Positions 1 through 8,789 of a stretch of DNA of 32,000 bases are shown one piece after another. The first letter of the stretch is position 1, and each line of letters begins with the position of its first letter. The notes beneath the pieces were generated by a model. The model was not told the DNA's origin. It searched no databases and saw nothing but the letters and a program-made list of their open reading frames with translations. The stretch covers positions 930,001 to 962,000 of the forward strand of contig CP178758.1 of NCBI GenBank assembly GCA_047651235.1. The letters run 5' to 3'. A program made the position numbers and the translations under genes. This DNA is from Candidatus Electrothrix yaqonensis (GTDB lineage: Bacteria; Desulfobacterota; Desulfobulbia; Desulfobulbales; Desulfobulbaceae).

Positions 1-1028
1 GATCGTTTATCATGAGGGACTTCATCAAATTTTTCGATAAATGCCTTTGAAAGAAGGGTTCTTGATAATCTATTTTCAGCCGATAGCTTTCTTACTGCTC
101 TCTCATGATATTCAAATTCAATTTTTTTTGCTTCTTCATAACCAGTTGCTTTTAAAACATGATTCGTAAAATGTCTTATAAGACGATCCCATAAATAACT
201 TTTCTTGCGTTCGCTGCATAACAGCTCATATTCTTGGCTATTTTTAATATTATTCCATAACCCCTCTGATAATAAAATCGGTTCATTTGTAGTTGAAAAA
301 GCAAAAAATGGATTATTTTTCAAAAAATAGTAGGCCAACATTTCTTCTTCGCCGGAAGAATAAATTACAGCTCTATCCTTGATATTTTTTTCTTTAAATT
401 TTAAATAATCAGTAAAATCTGAAGCTGTGTCTAGCTCAGTCATTAATAAATCAAGAGAAAACTTATCTAAAACGTGAATAAATGTTTTATCGGGGGAAAA
501 ATTACCTAGTGTAAATGGATACTCAGAACATTGACTTTCATCATAAAGATAATTCTGTATGAAAGTACCTGAGCTTTCACCACCAAAATGATGAACAGCG
601 GCTTTGTAAGAGTTCCAAGTAACCGCTATCAAATGAATCTCATAATCATGTTGATTAAGGAAAATTGGAAATTTTTTTTTGCATTCTTTATCAAGATATA
701 ACCTGTCTGGATATTTTTTTATCCATGATTCAGCTCCATATAGTTGCTTCGATGATCTTATTACTGATTTTAAAAACCACCTTTTCCACGCTACATGAAG
801 ATCAATATTAGAATTAAACGATATGTCTTTATCAGAAAAAACTATTATTTTCCTTTCAAAAACCACTAATAAATCACATAATTCTCTACCTTGACCTGTT
901 TTGGAAATTCCTTCATCAGTATAAATATTTGGATAAGACCAAAGACCAAAAAACGTATCCTCAGAGAGTTTTGCAAGATATTTTTCGGTTTTGGTTGAAC
1001 CTTTTTGTTTAAGAATTGGCCTAAGCAT
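1..1028 (-). CDS. hypothetical protein, C-terminus beyond window edge; AT-rich; possible PD-(D/E)xK-like nuclease motif
   Basis: Absent from the ORF track because it runs off the edge. My own reverse-complement translation from ATG 1028 (GGGAG 9 nt upstream) stays open to position 1: MLRPILKQKGSTKTEKYLAKLSEDTFFGLWSYPNIYTDEGISKTGQGRELCDLLVVFERKIIVFSDKD... About 30% GC by eye versus about 55% for the rest of the window. Confidence 0.7.
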   Translation of the reverse strand, partial: MLRPILKQKGSTKTEKYLAKLSEDTFFGLWSYPNIYTDEGISKTGQGRELCDLLVVFERKIIVFSDKDISFNSNIDLHVAWKRWFLKSVIRSSKQLYGAESWIKKYPDRLYLDKECKKKFPIFLNQHDYEIHLIAVTWNSYKAAVHHFGGESSGTFIQNYLYDESQCSEYPFTLGNFSPDKTFIHVLDKFSLDLLMTELDTASDFTDYLKFKEKNIKDRAVIYSSGEEEMLAYYFLKNNPFFAFSTTNEPILLSEGLWNNIKNSQEYELLCSERKKSYLWDRLIRHFTNHVLKATGYEEAKKIEFEYHERAVRKLSAENRLSRTLLSKAFIEKFDEVPHDKR

Positions 1029-1158
1029 TTTCAGGCTCCCATGAGCTTTTTTCACTTTTTCTACAGCCCCTTTTTTGTCCGTAATCTGACAGTCTACGAA
1101 GCCTCCTATTTCCTTTGACAGTCTTTGATCAGTTGAGAACTTTAACGTTGTAGAGAGT

Positions 1159-1265
1159 TATAGCTGGAGCAACATAATTTGAATATGCCCACAAGAGGCA
1201 TAAGTTTTGCCTTCACGCCTTTCAGATAGCTGATCCTGTATTCAGTTTATACTGCTCCAGCTATA
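1159..1265. repeat. 13-bp perfect inverted repeat TATAGCTGGAGCA / TGCTCCAGCTATA with an 81-bp spacer
   Basis: Read directly: 1159-1171 and 1253-1265 are exact reverse complements. The repeat lies between the AT-rich ORF start and the point where the truncated transposase frame opens. Confidence 0.8.
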
Positions 1266-2336
1266 GCGGTAAAAAAAACACATTGGCACACGACGTTCGG
1301 GATAATTCACGTAGTTGAGCAGGAGTACAGACAGCCGGGAAAACGGTACCGGCCGTTCAGCCGAAGTGCCGGAATAACCTGCCGATGCTGCTCGCTGCCT
1401 CTGCAGCGTGCCGTAACAGATTTCGGGGCAGACCATTCCTTTGGTCGGGTTCCTGAAAAACTGAAGGAACATTATGGGATAACATTACCGGTAAGCACTG
1501 TCCGAAATATCACGGAGACTCACGCCCGACACATACATGAAAGACGTCGACAGGAGAGAATTGAAGAATATCCGTCTATAAAGGGACGGGACTTCGTTAT
1601 TGCCGAGACGGACGGCAGCATGGTTCCGATTGTCCTGACGGATACAGATGCCAAGGACCGGCGTAAAGGTAAAAAGCACAGCTGGAAAGAAGCACGCCTG
1701 AGTATAGCTCATGTTCTCGGTGAAAGGACGCTTAAATTCGGAGTTGCATTTCAGGAAAACGTTGACGAGTCGGGAAAGGTTCTCTTTGATTGCGCCTGCC
1801 GTGCGGGATTCGGTCGGGGTACATCTCTGCATTCAGTGGGTGACGGAGCAACGTGGATTTCCGGGCAGGTGAAAAAACAGTTCGGTTCACAGGGACATTA
1901 CCTTGTCGATTTTTATCATGTTTGTGAATACCTGGAGGCTGCTGCACCGGCATGTTCCGGGAAAGACGGAAAAGGATCATGGAGTAAGCAGCAGAAAGAG
2001 CGCCTGAAAAAGGGACAGGAAAAAAAACTGATCGAAGCATTGAAGCCTCATCTTGAGCCGGAAAAGACAAAAGATCAAAATGCACCTGTCCGCTGCTGCC
2101 TGCGTTACCTGAGCAACCGTCCGGGGCAGTTCGACTATCCCGATGCTCAACAGCTTGGTTTACCTATCGGTTCTGGAGAAATAGAAAGTGCGCACCGGTA
2201 TGTCATCCAGGAACGTCTGAAAATAGCCAGCGCATGGTGGACACCGGAAAATGCCCGAATCATGCTTTCCCTGAGAGTTGACCGTGCGGACGGATACTGG
2301 GATAAATATTGGGAGAATATAAGCTGGGCAGCGTAA
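1230..2336 (+). pseudogene. 5'-truncated ISKra4-family-like DDE transposase
   Basis: The frame is open from 1230 but has no ATG until 1620. Residues upstream of the track start (FGADHSFGRVPEKLKEHYGITLPVSTVRNITETHARHIHE) continue the same protein. The C-terminal part has GDGATWI, VDFYHVCEYL and LPIGSGEIESAHRYVIQERLK..AWW, which I recognise as ISKra4-type signatures. The N-terminal part and the left end of the IS are missing. Confidence 0.7.
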
Positions 2337-2355
2337 GGTGTCAGAAACCGCACTT

Positions 2356-4263
2356 TTAATCGCACCCCAAGTTGATAGGTTCCAGATTATCGCCTGCCAG
2401 TTCTTCAAGTGCTCTGCGGGCCTTCTCCTGCCCTTTGCAATCGGTTGGTAATGCCGCCCTGTTCACTTCCTGCTGAAACTTGTCGATCAGCTCCGGGGCC
2501 TGTTGCCGCCCGATCTGGACGGCCTTTTCTCTATTGGGCAAACTGATCCCCAACAGCCAGCCTATTTCCTGATCAAAACGAACAGCACTCAGCAAGTCCA
2601 TTGCTTCAATCCAGCCGGAAGCCCGCTCAAAGGCGGCCTTTAAAGCGGGGTTACGCAGTCCAGGTTTTTGCCGATACACTCTATCCGGCGTTCCCAGCTC
2701 TTCAGGCCATTCTCTGCCGCAGATAATTACAGTGCGTTTGCCGGGATTGTTCACAGGGCGGATTCTATGTACTGCCTGGATGATTTCCGCTGTTGTCAAT
2801 GATGACCGGTAGCCTTGGTTCTTCTCCGGGTCATCAGGAAAAATAAGGTCGCTGTCATCCTTGGACTGTTGCGGGTGAGGGGTGGGACAGCCAAGGAGCA
2901 GCACTGCGTCAAACTCTTCCCAGGTGTTTTTTCCGCGAATATTGCCGAAATGCTCACTTGCCCACTCTTTTTCCGGCCATGCCTGCTGACAATATGCAAG
3001 AACCTGTTCCTCAACCGCCATATAGGTAACCAGCAGGATACGGTTTCCAGCCTTTTTCACCTCATCAGTCACTTTGTTCAGCAGTTCAGCCCCCTTTGTA
3101 AAACCATGCTCTTTGTCCTTAACCGCAACCTCTTTGCCGTATCGAGCAAAGGCAAACACCCGGCGTTTCCATGTTGTTTCGGTCTGCAATCTGATTTCAG
3201 CAAATTCCCGATTGAAAATTCTGGACATGGTTTCCGGGTAATGGGTGCCGTCAAGAACCAGTATTTGCAAGGTTTTGTTCATCTTCTCCCGGATCGGAAT
3301 ACTTGTGCTGCTGAAGGTTATTCTGTTATCCTTGCCCTCCACATACGCTGCCAGGGTGTCACTCCACCCGGCAGCCACCTGGAGCCAGTGATACACATTA
3401 TTATGCAAGTTTTCCTCAAAACGCTTGGCCGGTGAATCTTTATCTACCCCGTTATCTACCCACCCGTAACGTTGATTTATTCGCAAGATAGCCTCACTGA
3501 ACAGGCTCCTTGCAGTCTCTTCTTCAATATCCAATTCCTGAAATAAATTGACCCCGCTGTTTCCGCTCTGCTGCCCGTAGAGGTAGCCCCGTATATGTGG
3601 CTTATTGATCCCCTGTTCTCCGGCTTGAGCAATGATCTTTTCCATCTTTGTACGGATTGTTTGAATCAAGTCCAGGCATTCAGGCCCTATCAATCCGTGG
3701 TAGGGGCTGAAATCCTCTGTTGTCGCATTCCGCTTATCAACAAAATGTTGCAGGCCGGGTTCATCAACAATCCAGAGGCTGTTCCGTCCATCCATGACAC
3801 CCAGCACTTTGATAGCCTGTTGGGTTGTGCAGAAGACCACCTCGGCTGAACTGTTCTTTAAAGCAGCAAATCCCGCATTGTATTCACAGTTCAAGGCGCG
3901 GGTACAGTTGCCGCAGACAACAGCAGCAGGAAAATAACCGAGCTGGTTTGCCTCCTTGACCTTATTGAATTCCAGGCAGTTTTTCTCATTGCGGCCATAC
4001 ATATAATGGGCCGCAGGGTGGCCGGGTAGCTCACTGAAGCGGTTGAAGCTTTCTTGGACAAGGGCATGGTTCGGGGCTGAATAGAGAATCTTTCGCTGAT
4101 GCCCAAAGTTCGCCGCCTGCTGCAAAGCTGTCCGGGTCTTGCCCACGCCCGGATCAACCTCAAGAACCAGGTTGCGTTTATCCTTGCGGGCCATCATGTC
4201 CCGAACAATACGCTTGAGCTTGATCCGTCCTCCTGCAAGCGAATTGCAATAGACTGCTTCCAT
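2356..4263 (-). CDS. P-loop SF2-type helicase with a 4-Cys insertion (Rad3/XPD/DinG-like by motif reading)
   Basis: Walker A DPGVGKT (aa 37-43). Cys pattern GRNEKNC-x20-C-x2-C-x5-C (C96, C117, C120, C126). Walker B WIVDEPG. C-terminal FGNIRGKN..FDAVLLLGCPTPHP and QAVHRIRP resemble helicase motifs V and VI. The start ATG overlaps the upstream stop (TAATG). Confidence 0.6.
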   Translation of the reverse strand: MEAVYCNSLAGGRIKLKRIVRDMMARKDKRNLVLEVDPGVGKTRTALQQAANFGHQRKILYSAPNHALVQESFNRFSELPGHPAAHYMYGRNEKNCLEFNKVKEANQLGYFPAAVVCGNCTRALNCEYNAGFAALKNSSAEVVFCTTQQAIKVLGVMDGRNSLWIVDEPGLQHFVDKRNATTEDFSPYHGLIGPECLDLIQTIRTKMEKIIAQAGEQGINKPHIRGYLYGQQSGNSGVNLFQELDIEEETARSLFSEAILRINQRYGWVDNGVDKDSPAKRFEENLHNNVYHWLQVAAGWSDTLAAYVEGKDNRITFSSTSIPIREKMNKTLQILVLDGTHYPETMSRIFNREFAEIRLQTETTWKRRVFAFARYGKEVAVKDKEHGFTKGAELLNKVTDEVKKAGNRILLVTYMAVEEQVLAYCQQAWPEKEWASEHFGNIRGKNTWEEFDAVLLLGCPTPHPQQSKDDSDLIFPDDPEKNQGYRSSLTTAEIIQAVHRIRPVNNPGKRTVIICGREWPEELGTPDRVYRQKPGLRNPALKAAFERASGWIEAMDLLSAVRFDQEIGWLLGISLPNREKAVQIGRQQAPELIDKFQQEVNRAALPTDCKGQEKARRALEELAGDNLEPINLGCD

Positions 4264-5549
4264 TACAGGTCGCCGGACAGATCAAACGTTTTCCCCGGAA
4301 ATTCAGACCTAACCAGCCAATCTTTATGCTTAAAACTGCTGATTGCCTTTTTCTGCTGTTCAAAACGGCTCTCTGATCGCCTGTTGTCTCCGAAACCAGC
4401 ATTCAGGGCTGATTGAAACTGCTGCCGGAGATAGCTTTCTGCGCAATAGGTTTGCTGAAACTCCGTCTCTGGTTTGCCCATGCGGTCGGCCTGCTCCACA
4501 TGTTCCCGCAGTAGATCAACATAATGTTCCAAGCCCTCTAAAACAGCCCCCTTTCCCTCGATGGCAACAATGGCCGCCGCCGCATTGCGGATCGGTTCAT
4601 GGTGGCCGTCCACGCCGATCCGGGAAAGGCGATACTCAACCCCGCTGCCACTGCTGAAGGTGTTCTGGCCCTTCCTGCTGTTATTGTTTTTGGATTGATG
4701 AGCTTTATCATGCTGCTTCTGCGCATGGCGTACAGCTTCAAAATCTACCTGTTTGCCGGGAAGAAAACCGATCATGGAAGGAACCGGATCAGAAGCCCCA
4801 TGACAAACACGATTCTTGGTATAAATCGGTTGCTGAGGCTGATAGACTGCATCATCAAAGGTTTTTGTGACCTTGTTGCCAGCAACATACCCCCGGCTCT
4901 TGTTGTAGGATTTTGCCCACTGCTTGGCCGTAGACATGGTTACCGGGTCAGCCAGCCAAAAAAACAAATGCACCTTCAGCTTGTCCCCGGTCAGACCGAA
5001 AGAGGATGAAAACTGATAGACCACGCCCGCCTTGTAAAACTCCACGGGCAACGCTGTTTCAATCAGCCATCTGATAGCTGTATCCGGTTGCTGAATTGCA
5101 TCAAGATCGGCTGGACAGGAAATAGAATCAAAGTCAAAGGGGAGCAGATAACCGGCCCTGTCCGCAAGGGAGGGGGGCGTTCTTTTTTCTTCCCCGTTAT
5201 GATCAACAAAAGAACGTTCCCTGATCCGCCGCATCATACCTTTGAGATTGGCGGCGGCTGTGGGCAGGCCCATAACCAGAAATACATTTTCCTCTGCAAT
5301 ACGCTGAAGCAGGCCGTACCATTCCGCCAGATTGTTGACCTCATGCAGCTGGCAACGGAAGTTTTTAGCCTTGCCGTACCCGGAAAGGAGCTTCCAGGAA
5401 TCCCCGTACCATCGGTATTGCTTGCCAGCGAATAACTTACCCAAGGGCTTGAGAAAGGTCAGGGTGGTGCCGATCTTTCCGGTGTTTACATCCGGGTGAT
5501 AACTAGTTAGGATAGCATTGTTTTCCAACACAATACCCCTCCCGTTCAA
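4263..5549 (-). CDS. AEP (archaeo-eukaryotic primase)-like replication protein; start codon uncertain (TTG overlapping the alpA stop)
   Basis: Motifs in AEP order, read by eye: LLPFDFD (D139, D141), KVHLFFW (H194), FDDAVYQPQQPIY (D232/D233). Translationally coupled to both neighbours. Confidence 0.5.
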   Translation of the reverse strand: MNGRGIVLENNAILTSYHPDVNTGKIGTTLTFLKPLGKLFAGKQYRWYGDSWKLLSGYGKAKNFRCQLHEVNNLAEWYGLLQRIAEENVFLVMGLPTAAANLKGMMRRIRERSFVDHNGEEKRTPPSLADRAGYLLPFDFDSISCPADLDAIQQPDTAIRWLIETALPVEFYKAGVVYQFSSSFGLTGDKLKVHLFFWLADPVTMSTAKQWAKSYNKSRGYVAGNKVTKTFDDAVYQPQQPIYTKNRVCHGASDPVPSMIGFLPGKQVDFEAVRHAQKQHDKAHQSKNNNSRKGQNTFSSGSGVEYRLSRIGVDGHHEPIRNAAAAIVAIEGKGAVLEGLEHYVDLLREHVEQADRMGKPETEFQQTYCAESYLRQQFQSALNAGFGDNRRSESRFEQQKKAISSFKHKDWLVRSEFPGKTFDLSGDL

Positions 5550-5734
5550 CCCACTGCCTTTCGCTGCCGCTGATTGACGAAATCCATTACTTCGTCACTG
5601 TACCAGCCGATATTTCGTTTGGAGATTCGCACCCGGCCCGGAAAATCACCGTTCTTTTCCATGCGCCAGATAGTTGTTCTGCTCAGTCCGGTTGTCTGAA
5701 TAACCTTGGCTGTCCGCCATATTTCACGTTCCAT
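5546..5734 (-). CDS. alpA: AlpA/Xis-family helix-turn-helix protein (62 aa)
   Basis: MEREIWRTAKVIQTTGLSRTTIWRMEKNGDFPGRVRISKRNIGWYSDEVMDFV matches the AlpA pattern. ATG 5734 is preceded by AAGAGGA. The 100-aa track ORF is a 5' over-extension. Confidence 0.75.
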   Translation of the reverse strand: MEREIWRTAKVIQTTGLSRTTIWRMEKNGDFPGRVRISKRNIGWYSDEVMDFVNQRQRKAVG

Positions 5735-5814
5735 GAATATCCTCTTGGTTGCGATAATGAGTAAGTTGTTGCTTAACTGCTCATATCGTAACAGTTCGGT
5801 ATCCTTAGAATTGC

Positions 5815-5985
5815 AAAGTACGGATGGACTGCTGAAAAAAATATTCAAAAAGAGCTATCCACCTGAATAACCAACAAAAAAAAGACAAAAAAATAGAGCA
5901 AGGAAGGTACGGAAAAAGAAAAATATGGATTATCCGCCAAGAAATACGGATTCAGAGAAAAAATACGGATCGGAAAAGACGGAAA
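5815..5985 (+). repeat. six same-orientation copies of A-rich + (T/G)A(C/T)GGA (consensus about AAAKACGGAT); iteron- or operator-like
   Basis: TACGGA at 5819, 5908, 5945 and 5964. TATGGA at 5924. GACGGA at 5978. Each copy is preceded by an A-run. The last five are spaced 14-21 bp apart. Confidence 0.7.
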
Positions 5986-6119
5986 TAGTCTTCCGGGGCG
6001 GCTTGGTTCTGATGAAATAAACGGGGAGTTCTTCGGTTAGTGCGGTGAGAGGGGTGAAGAAAACTTGAGCATGTCAAGCTTCTGACAGGCTCAAATTCTA
6101 GGGGGAGGAGCGCGGACTT

Positions 6120-6977
6120 TTACGACTTGCCGCTTATTCCCAGTTCCTTTCTGGCCCTGGTGCAGCGTTCCTGAAATGCCTTGAGTTTGATCGGGTTGTA
6201 TACTGTACCCCGTACCGGGTGGACGTACCGAATGTAAGCTTCTTCATTTCCCACTATCGTTTCAATACGTTTAGGCTCCTGTTCTTCTATTATTCCATCG
6301 GCATCATAGTTTTTGAGCGTGTTCCAAATCTCTACGTTTTTTGCTTCAGGATTGGCCTGCAAAACGCGATTAATCAGCTCCTGAATGGGTTTTTCCTGCT
6401 GCTTTGTTGCAGTGGCCTGCAAAGTATTTGCATCTTCATCCCCTTCGTCATTATCCCACCAACGAGCAAGCAGGCATTCATCAGGTAAAGGCCATTCATC
6501 ATTTTTGAGCAGCCATTTTTTAAACTCACTCCTGTTCACCTTGTACAAACGAGGGGCCATATTTTTATCAAGGAATGACATTTCGGAAGTATCGCCAAGA
6601 TGCCCGCCGATACGATCCTGCGGCACCAAGTCCGCTTCACTCATCACAAGAACGGAAAATTTACAATCAACACCGTGGTTTATAGCGTTCAGATTCGGCG
6701 GCGGCGTTATTTTGGGCGGTCTTGCCGGGCTTGACAGTTTTCCCCACTCTTGAGAAAGTGCTATCCACTGCCCAATGGTTATGCAGGCAAGCTCACCGTC
6801 TTCAATGTCTTGTTTGAGCAGTTTAACATAGTTTTCTTGGGGAAACGTCGTCCCTTCAGCCCAAAGCTCTGCCAGCTCTTTTACTCCGAGAAATGGGGGT
6901 AACGTTCCTAACTCGGCATGTTGCTTTATTGTAACTGCGTTTGGATCAAATGCAGCTAACCGACGGTTTAATGACAT
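6120..6977 (-). CDS. hypothetical protein (285 aa), no domain recognised
   Basis: Long ORF with a strong RBS (GAGGAG 6 nt upstream of ATG 6977). It starts 23 nt after the HTH gene's stop. Confidence 0.65.
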   Translation of the reverse strand: MSLNRRLAAFDPNAVTIKQHAELGTLPPFLGVKELAELWAEGTTFPQENYVKLLKQDIEDGELACITIGQWIALSQEWGKLSSPARPPKITPPPNLNAINHGVDCKFSVLVMSEADLVPQDRIGGHLGDTSEMSFLDKNMAPRLYKVNRSEFKKWLLKNDEWPLPDECLLARWWDNDEGDEDANTLQATATKQQEKPIQELINRVLQANPEAKNVEIWNTLKNYDADGIIEEQEPKRIETIVGNEEAYIRYVHPVRGTVYNPIKLKAFQERCTRARKELGISGKS

Positions 6978-7000
6978 TATTTACTCCTCAAGATTTTGCC

Positions 7001-7264
7001 TTAACCAAGCAATGCTTCCGGGTGTCTGTCCGCCACCCGAAGCAACGCCTGAGCTGGGCCTTTCGGTCTTCTCCGCCCCTGCTCCCATTCTTGAATTGTC
7101 CGAACACTGACACAGAGTAAAGCAGCAAAAGCAGACTGACTTAATCCAATCCTGCTGCGGATAGTCTTTACATCCGGGGGGAGTTCAACAGCTCTCCGTT
7201 TTCCCTGCCCCTGTTTAATTGCCTGGATGCCTTCAAGCAATTCCTGCCCAATATCTCTTTTCAT
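7001..7264 (-). CDS. XRE-family HTH protein, HigA/NadS-like antitoxin-type (87 aa)
   Basis: IRSRIGLSQSAFAALLCVSVRTIQEWEQGRRRPKGPAQALLRV is the typical short-HTH antitoxin signature. Confidence 0.7.
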   Translation of the reverse strand: MKRDIGQELLEGIQAIKQGQGKRRAVELPPDVKTIRSRIGLSQSAFAALLCVSVRTIQEWEQGRRRPKGPAQALLRVADRHPEALLG

Positions 7265-7381
7265 GATTCCATAGCCTCTTTTATCTTTTCAGGATATGCG
7301 CCGGAATATTTTCAGCAGTCCTCCGCTTCTAGGGTGTAGGATACGGCATTGACGTATAACTTGCCATACTTATTTTTCACC

Positions 7382-8602
7382 TCATGCCGCTGCATGTAAA
7401 TGGAGAATCTTTGCTGTATTGCCTGTCAAAATCCTGTTCAACCGATCCGCCCATTTTTCCAGAGCACGGCGTTTTTCCGCATCATACGCATGTCTGTTGT
7501 ATACCTGAGTAATAGAATCCGAACTGTGATTCAATACCTTTCCAATATCAAATTCAGAAACGCCCATTTCAGCCATCATAGAAGCAGCAGTTCGTCGCAG
7601 ATCATGGAGACGAAAATCCTCAACCTCTGATTCGCGCTGCACGGCTTGGGCCGCTTTCTGCACATTGTATATATGCCCCCGTGCAGAGCCGTGAGACGAT
7701 GGAAAAACCCATTCACTGCGGGTATCCTCTCGAAGGGGAGAGAGTATATCAACAACCGCAGAAACAAGGGGCACCCGATGCGCTTTCTTGTTTTTCGCCA
7801 CATGCGCCGGAATCGTCCAGACCCGTTCAGCAAAATCAATATCCTCCCAGCGCATTGAACAAACCTCCTCGCCTCTCTGAGCCGTCAAGGTTCGTATCTG
7901 CATAATTGCCTTCATTAACGGCCTGAGCTTATCATAAGCCACCCATACCGCCTTGATTTCATCCTCTGAAAGCACCCGGTCACGGGACTCTTCTTTTCCG
8001 CCAGGCTTCTTCATCCGATAGCATGGATTGACTTCAACCAATTCCCGGTCAATCCCCACGTTGAATATAGTGGAAGCCAGCGCAAGCACCCGATTAGCCA
8101 TTACAGGCCCTCTACTTGCCACCCGGTCAAGCAGATCAATAACATGTCTGCGGGTAATATCCTTGCCCTTCATATCACCCCAAGCAGGCAGCAAATCTTT
8201 CTGTAAAATGCGTTCGTCTTCACGAATGCTTGATGCTTTCTTATGGCGTCGGGCATGGAATTCAAGATATACATCGGCAAGCATGGAAAAGGTGGGTGCC
8301 CCTTTTTCAACCTTTCTCTCTCCTGCCGGGTCTCCGCCGTCGAGTATGTGGCTCAATGTTTGAACAGCCTGATTGTGGGCCTGTGCAAGCTTCATGTCCG
8401 GGTAATGGCCCATAGTGTACCGACACCGTTTCCCGTTCAAACGATACATCAGAACCCAAGTCTTTGTTCCTTTTACTCCGACACGCATTAACAGTTTACC
8501 ACTCTTCCCCGGTAGCGGCTCCCAAGCATCATAATAATCCGTCTGTTTACTTCCCGGCTTAATCTGCTTGCACCATAACTCTGTCATTTTTACTACGCCC
8601 AT
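7382..8602 (-). CDS. int: P4-type tyrosine integrase with an N-terminal arm-binding (DUF4102-like) domain
   Basis: The N-terminus (KPGSKQTDYYD...GKLLMRVGVKGTKTWVLMYRLNGKRCRYTMGHYP) is P4-like. The C-terminus has AHRVPL, HDLRRTAAS and LNH...VY catalytic motifs. The start could instead be ATG 8587. Confidence 0.85.
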   Translation of the reverse strand: MGVVKMTELWCKQIKPGSKQTDYYDAWEPLPGKSGKLLMRVGVKGTKTWVLMYRLNGKRCRYTMGHYPDMKLAQAHNQAVQTLSHILDGGDPAGERKVEKGAPTFSMLADVYLEFHARRHKKASSIREDERILQKDLLPAWGDMKGKDITRRHVIDLLDRVASRGPVMANRVLALASTIFNVGIDRELVEVNPCYRMKKPGGKEESRDRVLSEDEIKAVWVAYDKLRPLMKAIMQIRTLTAQRGEEVCSMRWEDIDFAERVWTIPAHVAKNKKAHRVPLVSAVVDILSPLREDTRSEWVFPSSHGSARGHIYNVQKAAQAVQRESEVEDFRLHDLRRTAASMMAEMGVSEFDIGKVLNHSSDSITQVYNRHAYDAEKRRALEKWADRLNRILTGNTAKILHLHAAA

Positions 8603-8629
8603 TTTTTAACCCACTGACTTTATTTTTCA

Positions 8630-8658
8630 AGGTTCCAAAAAGGTTCCAGAAAGGTTCC
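8630..8658 (+). repeat. 3 x AGGTTCC direct repeats with an 11-bp period
   Basis: AGGTTCC at 8630-8636, 8641-8647 and 8652-8658, which is 28-56 bp upstream of the integrase start. Confidence 0.85.
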
Positions 8659-8789
8659 GCTCGAATCGGCAAAGCAGTGAAACATCCTGAGCACAAATGA
8701 AACACGTAAGTAATGAAAAGTCAATGAATAACTGGAATGGGTGATTGTTTCAGATCAGCTCGAAATTATCCAGAAGAACTCTGGTTTTG

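Noticed and set aside
1242-1832. 76-aa and 115-aa minus-strand ORFs
   Set aside because: They lie antisense to the ISKra4-like transposase frame, which reads through this region with recognisable homology.
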